Origin: Nonlabens ponticola
GTDB lineage: Bacteria > Bacteroidota > Bacteroidia > Flavobacteriales > Flavobacteriaceae
NCBI RefSeq assembly: GCF_003966335.1
Contig: NZ_CP034549.1
Location: forward strand, 2,760,001-2,792,000
Direction of reading: 5' to 3'
Length of the DNA: 32,000 nt
Below the pieces are notes generated by a model. The model was given only the letters and a program-made list of their open reading frames with translations, searched no databases and was not told where the DNA came from. Of this stretch, positions 1 through 9,392 are shown one piece after another. Numbering within the stretch: the first letter of the stretch is position 1; each line of letters begins with the position of its first letter. Made by a program: the position numbers and the translations under genes.

Positions 1-528
1 ACTGCCTATTTCAAAGGTTATTTTTTTGTGGGTATTCCGCTTTCGCGAAAGCGTAATCTCTCCAACACTTAACTCACTCGATAACTTGTTCATCCACAAG
101 TCAACCAGCGGCAATGCAAGAAAGTTGTTCTTATATGCCACACTTTCCTGTGGACTGTAACGGCCATACTCATCTTTAACCTGCGGCAAGTACTCTTCAT
201 AGCGCGTAATCAAATAAAATGCGGCGCTAAAAATATCAAATGGCAGGCTACTCGTTTCTGGCGCCGCAAAAAATGCAGGTAAATCATCCCAAAATGTCAT
301 CTCAATCGCGTGATCGTCGATGCCGTGCTCATCTAGCAATCCCATGGACCAGATGAACATCTCGTCGCCCAGCGGCTTATTACCGTATGAAAATTTGATA
401 CCGTCATGACTAACGAATGCACTAAGATCTGATGTGACGTCGTAGTCGGTCTGCATCATCCTTTTAAAGATGTGCTTGAAGATATATTGCTTTCTAGCAG
501 TTAGATCTGGACAGTAGATTAAAATCAT
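1..528 (-). CDS. Conserved Bacteroidota hypothetical protein, N-terminal 176 codons (resembles the N-terminus of polysaccharide-deacetylase-like / DUF7033-type proteins). The 3' end runs off the window.
   Basis: My own translation of the minus strand from ATG (526-528) is open to base 1: MILIYCPDLTARKQYIFKHIFKRMMQTDYDV...EITLSRKRNTHKKITFEIGS. It is absent from the ORF track because it is truncated by the window edge. Its start overlaps the radC stop as ATGA (525-528). It contains palindrome copy 1. Confidence 0.6.
   Translation of the reverse strand, partial: MILIYCPDLTARKQYIFKHIFKRMMQTDYDVTSDLSAFVSHDGIKFSYGNKPLGDEMFIWSMGLLDEHGIDDHAIEMTFWDDLPAFFAAPETSSLPFDIFSAAFYLITRYEEYLPQVKDEYGRYSPQESVAYKNNFLALPLVDLWMNKLSSELSVGEITLSRKRNTHKKITFEIGS
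35..56. repeat. Palindrome family copy 1: TTC-CGCTTTCGCGAAAGCG-TAA (perfect 16-bp core at 38-53)
   Basis: Read directly from the sequence. It lies inside the minus-strand CDS 1-528 and is read as ITLSRKRN. Confidence 0.95.
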
Positions 529-1226
529 GGCATGATCCCATTATCTGCAAAACTGTAGAAATCTCTTGCGGTGACTATAACATGATCCAGCACTTTGATA
601 TCCAGCATTTTTCCAGCTTCCTGAATTTTTTGGGTGATATGCTTATCAGGTGCACTGGGCTTAAGGCTGCCGCTAGGATGGTTGTGTGCTAGTATTAATG
701 CGACGGCTCCCATTTCAATTGCTTTGCGGTAAATCAATCGTGTATCGACATGTGTTGCCGTAATACCACCTTTACTCAATTGATGGGTATCCAGAACCTT
801 GTGTGAGTTATCAAGTAATAAAATCCAAAACTCCTCATGTTTGAGCTCACCTAATGACGGTTGCAAAAGTTTGAATGCGTCATCGCTACAACTTATTCTT
901 GTAATCTTCTCTGGCAATTCCATCGCGCGCCTACGACCCAATTCCATTGCGGCTGCTATGGTAATGGCTTTAGCCTCACCTATTCCCTTATGCTTTTGCA
1001 GTTCTTTAAGGCTTTTGAGTCCCAATTGCTGCAAGGAATTGTCTGCATTATTGAGTATTTGTCGGCTTAAATCCACAGCGCTTATAGACACCGTACCAGA
1101 TCCTAATAAAATGGCCAACAACTCTACCTCGCTTAATGCGCTGGCGCCTTTTTTCAAAAGCTTTTCTCGTGGTCGATCCTCTTGTGACCAGTCCTTGATA
1201 GATATGTAGCTAGGTAGATCAGGCAT
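525..1226 (-). CDS. radC: RadC-family JAB/MPN-domain protein (UPF0758)
   Basis: 233-aa ORF with an N-terminal helix-hairpin-helix-like segment (EVELLAILLGSG) and a JAMM motif (HNHPSGSLKPSAPD). The start is ATG. Confidence 0.9.
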   Translation of the reverse strand: MPDLPSYISIKDWSQEDRPREKLLKKGASALSEVELLAILLGSGTVSISAVDLSRQILNNADNSLQQLGLKSLKELQKHKGIGEAKAITIAAAMELGRRRAMELPEKITRISCSDDAFKLLQPSLGELKHEEFWILLLDNSHKVLDTHQLSKGGITATHVDTRLIYRKAIEMGAVALILAHNHPSGSLKPSAPDKHITQKIQEAGKMLDIKVLDHVIVTARDFYSFADNGIMP

Positions 1227-1231
1227 TCTCT

Positions 1232-1993
1232 CTATCTGATAAATGTAGGTTCCAGCTCATCTTCTGTATGAGACTCACTGTATCTATAACCATTAACATC
1301 AAAGTCATGGATACCTGCTAGGGATGAAACATCATTTTCAACTAGAAATCTAGCCATGCTACCTCTTGCCTTTTTAGCATAAAAAGAAATAATCTTGAGC
1401 TTATCGTTTTTATAGTCTTTGAATACCGGCGATATCAACTTTCCCTTTTGGCTATCAAGATTTATCGCTTTGAAGTATTCATTGCTGGCAAGATTGACAA
1501 GTAATTCATCATCTTTCATCTCGCTATTTAGCTGCGCAGTAATGCGATCATTCCAGAATTCATATAAATTCTTGTCATGACCTAACGACAGGTCTGTTCC
1601 CATTTCTAACCTGTAAGGTTGTATTAAATCCAATGGTCTGAGCACGCCATACATACCTGATAAAATTCTAATACTATCCTGAGCTTTATCTAGGTGATCA
1701 GTGTCAAGTGAATAGGCGTCAAATCCGCTGTACACATCACCAGCGAAGGCATAGATCGCTGGTCTTGAATTGTCCTTATCAAAATGTTCCTGGAAATCTT
1801 GATATCTTGAGTGGTTGAGATCAGCAAGTTTTGCAGAGATGCTCATAAGATCCTGTAAGTCTGCCTTAGTTTGACGTTCCAGTTTTCTATTAATGGTGAT
1901 TGCCTCTTCTTTAAATAAAGGTTGAGTACCTCGAGAAGTTGGCAGTTTGCTTTTATAATCCAGCGTCTTTGCTGGCGACAACAAGATTTTCAT
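1232..1993 (-). CDS. yaaA: Peroxide stress protein YaaA (UPF0246/DUF328)
   Basis: 253-aa ORF with the typical N-terminus [12 protein letters not shown] and the size expected for this family. Confidence 0.85.
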   Translation of the reverse strand: MKILLSPAKTLDYKSKLPTSRGTQPLFKEEAITINRKLERQTKADLQDLMSISAKLADLNHSRYQDFQEHFDKDNSRPAIYAFAGDVYSGFDAYSLDTDHLDKAQDSIRILSGMYGVLRPLDLIQPYRLEMGTDLSLGHDKNLYEFWNDRITAQLNSEMKDDELLVNLASNEYFKAINLDSQKGKLISPVFKDYKNDKLKIISFYAKKARGSMARFLVENDVSSLAGIHDFDVNGYRYSESHTEDELEPTFIR

Positions 1994-1998
1994 TTTCT

Positions 1999-3027
1999 TT
2001 AATTTAATTCAATGCTATTGGTCGCATAGGCTTTCCATTTATCAATACAAGCTTGCATATCCTGTGGTATTTCTGATTCAAAATCCATCCATTTGCGAGT
2101 TGTAGGATGCTCAAAACCTAAAGTGCGTGCGTGTAGTGCTTGTCTAGGCAATACTTTGAAACAGTTATCTACAAACTGCTTGTATTTTGTAAAACTGGTT
2201 CCCTTTAAAATTTTATCACCACCGTAACGCTCATCATTAAATAATGTATGACCTATGTGTTTCATATGTACTCTTATTTGATGAGTACGACCAGTCTCAA
2301 GCTTACATTTGATTAGAGTGACATATCCTAAATCTTCCATCACCTCATAATGGGTTACCGCAGGTTTACCTTTATCACTATCATCGCCGCTCCATACGGT
2401 ATTTTGTAATCGGTTTTTTGGGTGCCTACCTATGTTGCCTTCTACCGTGCCGATGGGCTCATCAAATGATCCCCAAACTATCGCTACGTATTCTCGTTTA
2501 CTCGTTTTGGCGGCAAATTGAGCCGATAAATAACTCATCGCCTGTTCTGTTTTGGCAACTACCAGCAAACCGCTGGTATCTTTATCTATTCGGTGTACCA
2601 ATCCTGGACGATTACTGCTATTGTTAGGTAAGTTCTCAAAGTGATAAATAAGTGCATTGATTAGCGTGCCTTCATAATTTCCATGACCTGGATGTACTAC
2701 CATACCAGCTGGTTTGTTCAAGACGATCAAATCATCATCCTCATACATGATATCCAAGTCAATATTCTGTGCGACCAGAAGGTTCTCATGTGGTGGATGA
2801 TCTAGCAATACTCTTATATCATCACCTGGCTTTACCTTATAATTTGACTTGACTATCTGCTCGTTTACTCTTACACTGCCATCCTTAATGGCTGCCTGAA
2901 TTTTATTGCGCGTAGAATTCTCGATAAAGTTCATCAGGAATTTATCGATACGCAGCGGTACCTGACCATCACTTGCTACAAAATGATGATGTTCATGAAG
3001 ATCTATATTTGAATTATCATCTGCCAT
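1999..3027 (-). CDS. rluD: RluA-family 23S rRNA pseudouridine synthase (RluD-like, with an S4 domain)
   Basis: S4-like N-terminus (RIDKFL...[17 protein letters not shown]) and catalytic motif [15 protein letters not shown]. The track ORF extends to 3105, but that extension overlaps the upstream PASTA gene. ATG at 3025-3027 (MADDNSN...) lies 4 nt after the PASTA stop and is the likelier start. Confidence 0.85.
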   Translation of the reverse strand: MADDNSNIDLHEHHHFVASDGQVPLRIDKFLMNFIENSTRNKIQAAIKDGSVRVNEQIVKSNYKVKPGDDIRVLLDHPPHENLLVAQNIDLDIMYEDDDLIVLNKPAGMVVHPGHGNYEGTLINALIYHFENLPNNSSNRPGLVHRIDKDTSGLLVVAKTEQAMSYLSAQFAAKTSKREYVAIVWGSFDEPIGTVEGNIGRHPKNRLQNTVWSGDDSDKGKPAVTHYEVMEDLGYVTLIKCKLETGRTHQIRVHMKHIGHTLFNDERYGGDKILKGTSFTKYKQFVDNCFKVLPRQALHARTLGFEHPTTRKWMDFESEIPQDMQACIDKWKAYATNSIELN

Positions 3028-3031
3028 TGAA

Positions 3032-3643
3032 CTAGTTGTCAATATCTTGTGTAGTATCGTCGCCTGTTGATGCTGGTTCATAGGTAGCGCCAGGACGATT
3101 TCCATCTCCTAAGACAAGATCAATAGAAGAGGCCTTGCGCAACTGCTCACCTGGTTTCAACTCTTCACCATTATAGCGCATTTCTAGAACCATGTCTCGA
3201 GCTATATTAGATTTATAGGTAATATCTCCTATTTCAAAACCTAATGCTTCCAGCGTTGGCACGGCCTGACGCTTTGTTTTAAAAATCACATTAGGTACAG
3301 GTATCTTACCATATCCTGATGGATTAAGTTTTATGTAAATCTTACGATTTTCTTTGACCGCTCTTCCTGCTTCAGGATTTTGTTCAATCACAGATCGCGG
3401 TGGATAATCAGGGTTAAAATTTGCGCTGTCAATAATTTGCCTGCGCAGATCAAGTTCTTCTAGTGATGCATCCACTTGAGACAAGGTCATACGCTCAAGA
3501 TTAGGAACGGTAATTTTTTGATCATGGTTGGTATACCAGTCTAACCAGAATAAATACCCGAAACATAACGCAACGATTAAAACTATTGCTAGAAGGACTT
3601 GCACCCAGAAGGTTTTGGTAAAAATGAACTGTATAAAATTCAT
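3032..3643 (-). CDS. PASTA-domain membrane protein
   Basis: 203-aa ORF with an N-terminal TM helix (VQVLLAIVLIVALCFGYLFWL) followed by repeated PASTA-like modules (VPNL...; VPNV...G.E). It sits upstream of rluD, as is common in Flavobacteriia. Confidence 0.6.
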   Translation of the reverse strand: MNFIQFIFTKTFWVQVLLAIVLIVALCFGYLFWLDWYTNHDQKITVPNLERMTLSQVDASLEELDLRRQIIDSANFNPDYPPRSVIEQNPEAGRAVKENRKIYIKLNPSGYGKIPVPNVIFKTKRQAVPTLEALGFEIGDITYKSNIARDMVLEMRYNGEELKPGEQLRKASSIDLVLGDGNRPGATYEPASTGDDTTQDIDN

Positions 3644-3734
3644 AGTATATTGGTGATTGTATGGTTGGCGTTAAAGGGCTTGTTACACCTTGTAAAGATA
3701 AGGATGTAGATCATTCCTTAAACGGTGGCTTTTG

Positions 3735-3742
3735 TAACTTTG
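3735..3742 (+). promoter_or_regulatory. Bacteroidota-type -7 promoter box TAACTTTG (TAnnTTTG) upstream of ddl
   Basis: Exact match to TAnnTTTG in the 126-bp divergent intergenic region, 27 nt before the ddl ATG. Confidence 0.45.
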
Positions 3743-3769
3743 TTATATGAACACAACAATCCTTGAGCT

Positions 3770-4753
3770 ATGAAAAATGTAGCAGTTATTATGGGCGGCT
3801 ACTCCAGTGAAAAGGAGATCTCAATAAAAAGTGGGCAGATTATCCTTGACCACCTTGATAGCCATAAGTACCACGGTTATGGAATTAATGTAACAGAAGA
3901 TCGCTGGTATCACAAGACAGCTAGCGGGCAAGAGATTAATGTAAACAAGAACGATTTTAGCCTCACAGTCGATGATGAGAAAATAATATTTAACTGTGTT
4001 TATAACACAATCCACGGTACACCAGGAGAAGACGGTAAATTCCAGGCGTACTTAGAAATGATCCAGATACCACAAACATCTGCTGCTTCCTATCAGTCTG
4101 CAATCACATTTAATAAGCGTGATTGTCTTGCAGTTCTCAAACCATGGGATATTTTGACTGGTAAGCATGTTTATGTAAATCAGGAAGACTACATTGATAT
4201 TGACAAGATCATTACTCAGGTAGGATTACCTTGTTTTGTAAAAGCCAATCGAAGCGGTAGCAGCTTTGGTGTGTCAAAAGTGTATCATCGTGACGGCTTT
4301 GAAAAGGCACTAGAAACAGCATTTGCCGTTGATAACGAAATTATTATCGAGTCGTTTTTAGATGGTATGGAAATATCAGTAGGCGTTTACAAGCTAAATG
4401 ATGAAATCATTGCGTTACCACCGACTGAGATCGTAAGCGAAAACGACTTCTTTGACTACGAGGCCAAATACGAAGGAAAGTCTCAGGAAATAACACCAGC
4501 GAGATTGGATAGATCTACGACCAGCATCGTGCAGATCCTAAGCAAGCGTATTTATAAAATCTTAAAGTTGAAAGGTATAGCCCGTGCAGACTTTATCTTT
4601 CACAATGGCGAGCCACATTTCATTGAAATAAACACCAATCCTGGTATGAGTGCAGAAAGTATTGTACCACAACAAATTAAAGCAGCCGGAAACACACTTA
4701 AGGAATTCTTATCTCAAATTATTGAGGATACCATAAAACAACATGCTAAATGA
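3770..4753 (+). CDS. ddl: D-alanine--D-alanine ligase
   Basis: 327-aa ATP-grasp protein. The N-terminus MKNVAVIMGGYSSEKEISIKSG is typical of Ddl, as is the C-terminal EINTNPGM motif. Confidence 0.92.
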   Translation: MKNVAVIMGGYSSEKEISIKSGQIILDHLDSHKYHGYGINVTEDRWYHKTASGQEINVNKNDFSLTVDDEKIIFNCVYNTIHGTPGEDGKFQAYLEMIQIPQTSAASYQSAITFNKRDCLAVLKPWDILTGKHVYVNQEDYIDIDKIITQVGLPCFVKANRSGSSFGVSKVYHRDGFEKALETAFAVDNEIIIESFLDGMEISVGVYKLNDEIIALPPTEIVSENDFFDYEAKYEGKSQEITPARLDRSTTSIVQILSKRIYKILKLKGIARADFIFHNGEPHFIEINTNPGMSAESIVPQQIKAAGNTLKEFLSQIIEDTIKQHAK

Positions 4754-5202
4754 AAAAGGCAGTCTTTCCAGGAAGTTTTGATCCTTTAACCTTAGGTCAT
4801 CAGGATATCATTGATCGAGGTCTCAGGGTATTTGATCATATAATTATCGCGGTGGGCATCAACGCAGATAAGAAATATATGTTTGACCTGGATCAACGCG
4901 TTTCATTCATAGAGGAGTTATATAAAAACAAGAAAAACATCAGCGTCAAAACGTATGATGGCTTGACCGTCGATTTTTGCAAGAAAGAAAATGCACAGTT
5001 CATTTTGAGAGGCTTGCGCAATCCCAATGACTTTGAATTTGAAAAAGCAATTGCACAGGCTAATGCGCAACTTAGCGATATTGAAACGACCTTTTTATTA
5101 ACTAATCCGTCAACCAGCTTTATTTCATCCTCAATTGTGAGAGATGTCATACGTAATCATGGAGATTATAAAAAATTTGTACCACATACTGTAGTATTAT
5201 GA
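4750..5202 (+). CDS. coaD: Phosphopantetheine adenylyltransferase
   Basis: 150 aa. AVFPGSFDPLTLGH is the nucleotidyltransferase (H/T)xGH motif, and SSSIVR lies near the C-terminus. Its ATGA start overlaps the ddl stop. Confidence 0.93.
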   Translation: MKKAVFPGSFDPLTLGHQDIIDRGLRVFDHIIIAVGINADKKYMFDLDQRVSFIEELYKNKKNISVKTYDGLTVDFCKKENAQFILRGLRNPNDFEFEKAIAQANAQLSDIETTFLLTNPSTSFISSSIVRDVIRNHGDYKKFVPHTVVL

Positions 5203-6965
5203 GAAAATCGATTGCATTACTTTCAATATCAATAATGCTACTTTCCTGTAGGGATGATCAAGCAGTAACAGCAACAAGCGATACAGTTGATAAAGAATAT
5301 CTGACTCCGTTTGAAAATGGTAATGGTAATCAAACCACTACCTATGAAGAATGCATCGCCTTTTATGAGAATCTAGCGGCAGATTTTTCTAGCGTAAGTA
5401 TAGAAGAGGTAGGAATGACCGATTCTGGCAAACCATTACACGTCATTCACTTTTCTAAGTCCAGTATTGACTGGAAAGATCCTAATGAGGATCGCATTAA
5501 GATTCTAATAAATAACGGTATTCACCCTGGCGAGAGCGATGGCATTGATGCTACAATGATGCTCATGCGAGACCTAGCCACTGGCGTTATTGAGGTGAGT
5601 GACAAACTTATCTTCAGTGCGATTGCCATCTATAATGTAGGTGGTTCGCTTAACCGCAACTCTACATCGCGTACCAATCAAAATGGTCCAGAAGCTTACG
5701 GCTTTAGAGGTAACTCACGCAACTATGACCTGAATCGTGATTTTATAAAAATGGATACTCGCAATGCTCGCAGCTTTGCACAAGTCTATCATCAAATTAA
5801 GCCAGATCTATTCATTGATAATCACGTAAGCAATGGTGCTGATTATCAATACACCTTGACACATTTATTTACTCAACACAATAGAATGGGTGGCGCAACC
5901 GGCACTTACATTCATGATGTATTGCAACCAGCGCTTGAAAAAAATCTAAGTGATAGAGATCTTGATATCACGCCATACGTCAACGTGTATGGTCAATCGC
6001 CGGATAAGGGTTTTAGTCAGTTTCCTGACGAGCCGCGCTATTCCACTGGTTACACCGCTTTATGGAATACACTGGGCATGATGGTAGAAACCCACATGCT
6101 TAAACCATACAATGATCGCGTGCAGGGAGCACGTGCCATCATGGAAGAGATCATTAATATAGGTCAGGCACAACTAGAGCAAATTAAAGAAGTGCGCAAA
6201 CAGTCATTTGACTACCAGCAGTCCAGAGAATATTTCCCACTCACCTATGAGATTGACAAGCAGCGTGCTGATACCCTAGATTTCAAAGGTTATGAGGCAC
6301 GTCAAGACCCAAATGAACTCACAGGCAATAAACTCATGACTTATAATCGAGAGAAGCCTTTTAATAAAAAAACACCTTTTTACACTTATTTCAATGTCAA
6401 GGATAGTGTGGCAATTCCTGATTTTTATGTGATTCCTCAAGGACAATGGGAAATTCTTGATATGCTCAGGCTCAACAATGTAATCATGGAACCACTTTCA
6501 AAGGACAGCACGATGACTGTAACTGCATACAAAATTGAAGAGTACGATACAGCACGCAATGCTTATGAAGGACACTATCCTCATAGCAATGTAAAAGTTG
6601 CAGGTGAGGTCGTAGAATTACGCTTTCGCGAAAGCGATATCCTCATACCAACCAATCAACCAGGTATCAAATATGTCATGGAAACTCTAGAACCAGCTGC
6701 ACCCGATTCCTTTTTTAAATGGAATTTCTTTGATACTATCCTGCAACAAAAAGAAGGTTTCTCGCCCTATGTTTTTGAGAAAAGTGCTAGAGAATTGCTA
6801 GCAGACGCACCAGAATTGAGACGGGAATTTGATTCTCTCAAGCGTACCAATAAAGCATTTAAAAACAGTAACTACGCACAATTAGACTGGCTGCATAAAA
6901 GATCGCCGAATTATGAAACCGCGCATTTGAGGTATCCTATCTATAAATATCGAGCTGCTAACTAG
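5199..6965 (+). CDS. M14-family zinc carboxypeptidase, predicted lipoprotein
   Basis: 588 aa with a lipoprotein-type signal (LLSISIMLLSC) and the HxxE zinc motif in NNGIHPGESDG. Its ATGA start overlaps the coaD stop. It contains palindrome copy 2 (ELRFRESD). Confidence 0.8.
   Translation: MRKSIALLSISIMLLSCRDDQAVTATSDTVDKEYLTPFENGNGNQTTTYEECIAFYENLAADFSSVSIEEVGMTDSGKPLHVIHFSKSSIDWKDPNEDRIKILINNGIHPGESDGIDATMMLMRDLATGVIEVSDKLIFSAIAIYNVGGSLNRNSTSRTNQNGPEAYGFRGNSRNYDLNRDFIKMDTRNARSFAQVYHQIKPDLFIDNHVSNGADYQYTLTHLFTQHNRMGGATGTYIHDVLQPALEKNLSDRDLDITPYVNVYGQSPDKGFSQFPDEPRYSTGYTALWNTLGMMVETHMLKPYNDRVQGARAIMEEIINIGQAQLEQIKEVRKQSFDYQQSREYFPLTYEIDKQRADTLDFKGYEARQDPNELTGNKLMTYNREKPFNKKTPFYTYFNVKDSVAIPDFYVIPQGQWEILDMLRLNNVIMEPLSKDSTMTVTAYKIEEYDTARNAYEGHYPHSNVKVAGEVVELRFRESDILIPTNQPGIKYVMETLEPAAPDSFFKWNFFDTILQQKEGFSPYVFEKSARELLADAPELRREFDSLKRTNKAFKNSNYAQLDWLHKRSPNYETAHLRYPIYKYRAAN
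6618..6636. repeat. Palindrome family copy 2: TTA-CGCTTTCGCGAAAGCG (perfect 16-bp core at 6621-6636)
   Basis: Read directly from the sequence. It lies inside the M14 peptidase CDS and is read as LRFRES. Confidence 0.95.
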
Positions 6966-7560
6966 AAATCATTGATAGTGGAAACAGCTCACGTATATTG
7001 GCGTAAGATTCTGTGAGAGCATTGGTCACCTCTTCATCGGTGAGCCAGCTGGCTATCTCTATTCCTTCCTTAGCTTGTGGTTTCAGTTTACCTTTGTAAT
7101 CTGTTCGCATCTCGTACCAGTGAGTCAACTTTAGTGACATTTTTCCATTGCGCGAGAAAATATGATAAGTTTTATCTAGGTATTTTGATATTTCGAGGTT
7201 TTTTACGCCTGTCTCCTCTTCTACCTCACGCAATGCCGTTTGTTCTATGCTCTCGTTTTTTTCCGCTTTCCCTTTGGGTAGATCCCATTTGTTGTTGCGA
7301 TAAATGAATAGATACTTTTCATCACTGTTAAGCACCATACCGCCGCCAGCAAGTACCAGTGGTAATTTTTTATGCAGACGCTTTAATAGTTTCTCTTCAT
7401 TTTTGGAATAAAGCAAGACCTTTCCCAACTTTCCTTTTTCAATCCTTTTTACCACTTTGCGCAAGTTTACGCGCTTAAGGTTGAAGTGCTCATATTCTGG
7501 AAAGGAGTTCTTGTCAGAGGTCACGATTATAGCGACTTCTTTGACAAAAACTTTATACAT
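6958..7560 (-). CDS. NUDIX hydrolase
   Basis: Nudix box GKAEKNESIEQTALREVEEETGV. The track ORF extends to 7656, but that part overlaps pyrE. The preferred start is ATG at 7558-7560 (MYKVFVKEV...); 7567-7569 is an alternative. Confidence 0.8.
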   Translation of the reverse strand: MYKVFVKEVAIIVTSDKNSFPEYEHFNLKRVNLRKVVKRIEKGKLGKVLLYSKNEEKLLKRLHKKLPLVLAGGGMVLNSDEKYLFIYRNNKWDLPKGKAEKNESIEQTALREVEEETGVKNLEISKYLDKTYHIFSRNGKMSLKLTHWYEMRTDYKGKLKPQAKEGIEIASWLTDEEVTNALTESYANIRELFPLSMISS

Positions 7561-7563
7561 TTG
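7556..7563 (+). promoter_or_regulatory. -7 box TACATTTG, 4 nt upstream of the pyrE ATG and overlapping the NUDIX start codon on the other strand
   Basis: Exact TAnnTTTG followed by CGGC and then ATG (7568). Confidence 0.45.
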
Positions 7564-7567
7564 CGGC

Positions 7568-8215
7568 ATGGTCAGAAATAAGAATACTGCGGCAAAGACC
7601 GCAGAATTGTTACTGCAAATTAAAGCAATAAAATTGCAACCACAAGACCCGTTCACTTGGGCTAGTGGCTGGCAATCGCCAATTTATTGTGACAATAGAA
7701 TAACCTTATCGTATCCTAGCATACGCAATTTTTTAAGAGAACAACTGGCTAATCAAATAGAAGAACTATACGGCAAGCCAGATGTAATCGCAGGAGTTGC
7801 TACTGGTGCGATAGGTATAGGCATGCTCGTGGCAGACTACATGAACCTGCCATTTGTATATGTGCGCCCAGAAGCCAAAAAGCACGGTCGCAAAAATCAA
7901 GTAGAAGGTCACCTGCAAGCTGGTCAAAAGGTTGTGGTTGTAGAAGATCTCATCAGTACGGGAATGAGCAGTCTCAATGCGGTGACAGCACTCAAGGAGG
8001 CTGGTGCACAAATCAAGGGAATGGTTGCTTTATTTTCTTATGGGTTTGATTTTGCAACGGACAATTTCAAACAGGCTGAAGTTGAACTTACCACCTTGAG
8101 TGATTATAAACACTTGATACAAACTGCGCAAGAGGCAGGACATTTTAACGACAACGATTTACAACTGCTATCCAGCTGGAGAGATGATCCAGCAAACTGG
8201 AGCAATTCAAAATAA
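7568..8215 (+). CDS. pyrE: Orotate phosphoribosyltransferase
   Basis: PRPP-binding motif VVVVEDLISTGMSS. The protein starting at ATG 7568 (MVRNKNTAAKTAELLLQIKAIKL...) has the usual PyrE length. The upstream part of the track ORF (7457-7567) is antisense to the NUDIX gene. Confidence 0.92.
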   Translation: MVRNKNTAAKTAELLLQIKAIKLQPQDPFTWASGWQSPIYCDNRITLSYPSIRNFLREQLANQIEELYGKPDVIAGVATGAIGIGMLVADYMNLPFVYVRPEAKKHGRKNQVEGHLQAGQKVVVVEDLISTGMSSLNAVTALKEAGAQIKGMVALFSYGFDFATDNFKQAEVELTTLSDYKHLIQTAQEAGHFNDNDLQLLSSWRDDPANWSNSK

Positions 8216-8219
8216 AATT

Positions 8220-8606
8220 ATGAACCTAGAGAGTCGCGTTGTTAAAACGCAAAAATCACCTGAAGAACTATACAATTTTCTAACACAGGTAGAGAATTTC
8301 AAGAAATTACTGCCAGAAGATGCAAAGTTTGAATTGCTGGGTGAGGATAAATTCCTTTTTGGATTGAAAGGCATGCCTGAAATAAAGCTCACTCTCAAGG
8401 ACTCTACACCACATTCTCAAGTAGTATTAGGTTCATTGGGCGACAAATTATCGTTCACTCTCACTTGTAATATTAGTCAAGAAGGTGATGGATCACAGGC
8501 ACAATTACTGTTTAATGGCGATTTCAATGCTATGATGGCGATGATGATAAAGGGCCCAATCAATAAGTTTCTAGAACAACTGGCTAAAGGTATCGAGCAG
8601 CTCTAG
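8220..8606 (+). CDS. Small conserved protein, possibly SRPBCC-fold (function unknown)
   Basis: ORF of about 128 aa from ATG 8220 (MNLESRVVKTQKSPEELYNFL...). The longer track ORF from 8184 overlaps the pyrE 3' end. The fold assignment rests on general resemblance only. Confidence 0.45.
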   Translation: MNLESRVVKTQKSPEELYNFLTQVENFKKLLPEDAKFELLGEDKFLFGLKGMPEIKLTLKDSTPHSQVVLGSLGDKLSFTLTCNISQEGDGSQAQLLFNGDFNAMMAMMIKGPINKFLEQLAKGIEQL

Positions 8607-9316
8607 TAAATCATTTTTATCTGCTTTGTCTCATAGGCAGTTACTTGTCCATCAACCTCTAGCAACATGCGACCTTGATCGTCAACACCACGCAGGATAC
8701 CATGGATTTGCCGACCCTCTATTTTATATTGAGCTAGTTGATCTTTTTTGTAAAGTAGTGACTCATACATTGCTACAACCGCATGGTGATGAACTAATTG
8801 ATGATGTAGATACGCCACAAAGCTAAAAAGTAATTCTTCCAGGTGGTACTCTTTTCCAGTGATGGACTGTAGTGATATCGCCCTGGGTAATGCCTCAAAG
8901 TCTAGCTGATTCACGTTGAGACCTATGCCGTGTATCGCATGTACCGTTCCATCGGCTGCATGAACGTTTTCTACTAGAATTCCTGCCAATTTATGATGGA
9001 CTGACACTATGTCGTTAGGCCATTTAACGTGTGTCTGTATTTGGTGTTCCTGGCGCAGCCATCGTGCCAAACAAACCGATATAAATTTCACTTGCTCAAA
9101 ACCCTGTTTGTCGACAGGCACATCGCGCAATAAAGTACTGAATGTTAAGTTTTTACCAGCCTGTGATTGCCACACAGCACCCATCTGGCCGCGACCGGCA
9201 CGTTGATGGTGAGCGTATAATGTGGTGAGGTTGGGAATTACGCTTTCGCGAAAGCGTAACTTCAATTCATCATTTGTGGAGTCAGTGGCATGTATTTTGA
9301 CAAAAGATGGTAACAC
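8603..9316 (-). CDS. birA: Biotin--[acetyl-CoA-carboxylase] ligase
   Basis: GRGQMGAVWQS biotin-binding loop and KWPNDI motif. The start codon is GTG (9314-9316), and no in-frame ATG lies nearby. It contains palindrome copy 3 (KLRFRESV). Confidence 0.88.
   Translation of the reverse strand: MLPSFVKIHATDSTNDELKLRFRESVIPNLTTLYAHHQRAGRGQMGAVWQSQAGKNLTFSTLLRDVPVDKQGFEQVKFISVCLARWLRQEHQIQTHVKWPNDIVSVHHKLAGILVENVHAADGTVHAIHGIGLNVNQLDFEALPRAISLQSITGKEYHLEELLFSFVAYLHHQLVHHHAVVAMYESLLYKKDQLAQYKIEGRQIHGILRGVDDQGRMLLEVDGQVTAYETKQIKMIY
9238..9259. repeat. Palindrome family copy 3: full perfect 22-bp palindrome TTACGCTTTCGCGAAAGCGTAA
   Basis: Read directly from the sequence. It lies inside birA (minus strand) and is read as LRFRESV. 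Confidence 0.97.
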
Positions 9317-9365
9317 AAATAGGCAAGTTTAAACGGCTTAACGTAAGTCGCGTTCAAAAAAAGAA

Positions 9366-9373
9366 TAAATTTG
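9366..9373 (+). promoter_or_regulatory. -7 box TAAATTTG upstream of rsfS-ftsH
   Basis: Exact TAnnTTTG in the 76-bp intergenic region, 19 nt before the rsfS ATG. Confidence 0.45.
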
Positions 9374-9392
9374 TGGATACAAAAAATTTTTA

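Noticed and set aside
799-1209. Antisense ORFs of 60-136 aa listed in the six-frame track inside well-supported genes. Examples are 799-1209 and 861-1070 in radC; 15245-15547, 16097-16315 and 16645-16989 in valS; 10432-11157 in ftsH; and 22655-22939 in lipA.
   Set aside because: Each lies entirely opposite a gene with strong family motifs. They have low-complexity or Ser/Leu/Cys-rich composition typical of shadow frames, and none has its own promoter box or intergenic context.
3028-3105. N-terminal extension of the rluD ORF (MEIVLALPMNQHQQATILHKILTTSS).
   Set aside because: It overlaps the last 74 nt of the upstream PASTA gene. The internal ATG at 3025-3027 gives a normal 4-nt gap and a normal RluD-like N-terminus.
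7263-7270. A half-site-like CCGCTTTC inside the NUDIX gene that resembles one arm of the palindrome.
   Set aside because: The second arm is missing. The sequence encodes part of the conserved Nudix-box region (PKGKAEK), so the resemblance is explained by the protein motif.
7457-7656. Long mutual overlap of the track ORFs for pyrE (from 7457) and NUDIX (to 7656).
   Set aside because: The extensions are antisense to each other's real coding sequence and encode non-conserved, Cys/Leu-rich peptides. The internal ATGs at 7568 (pyrE) and 7560 (NUDIX) give proteins of canonical length.
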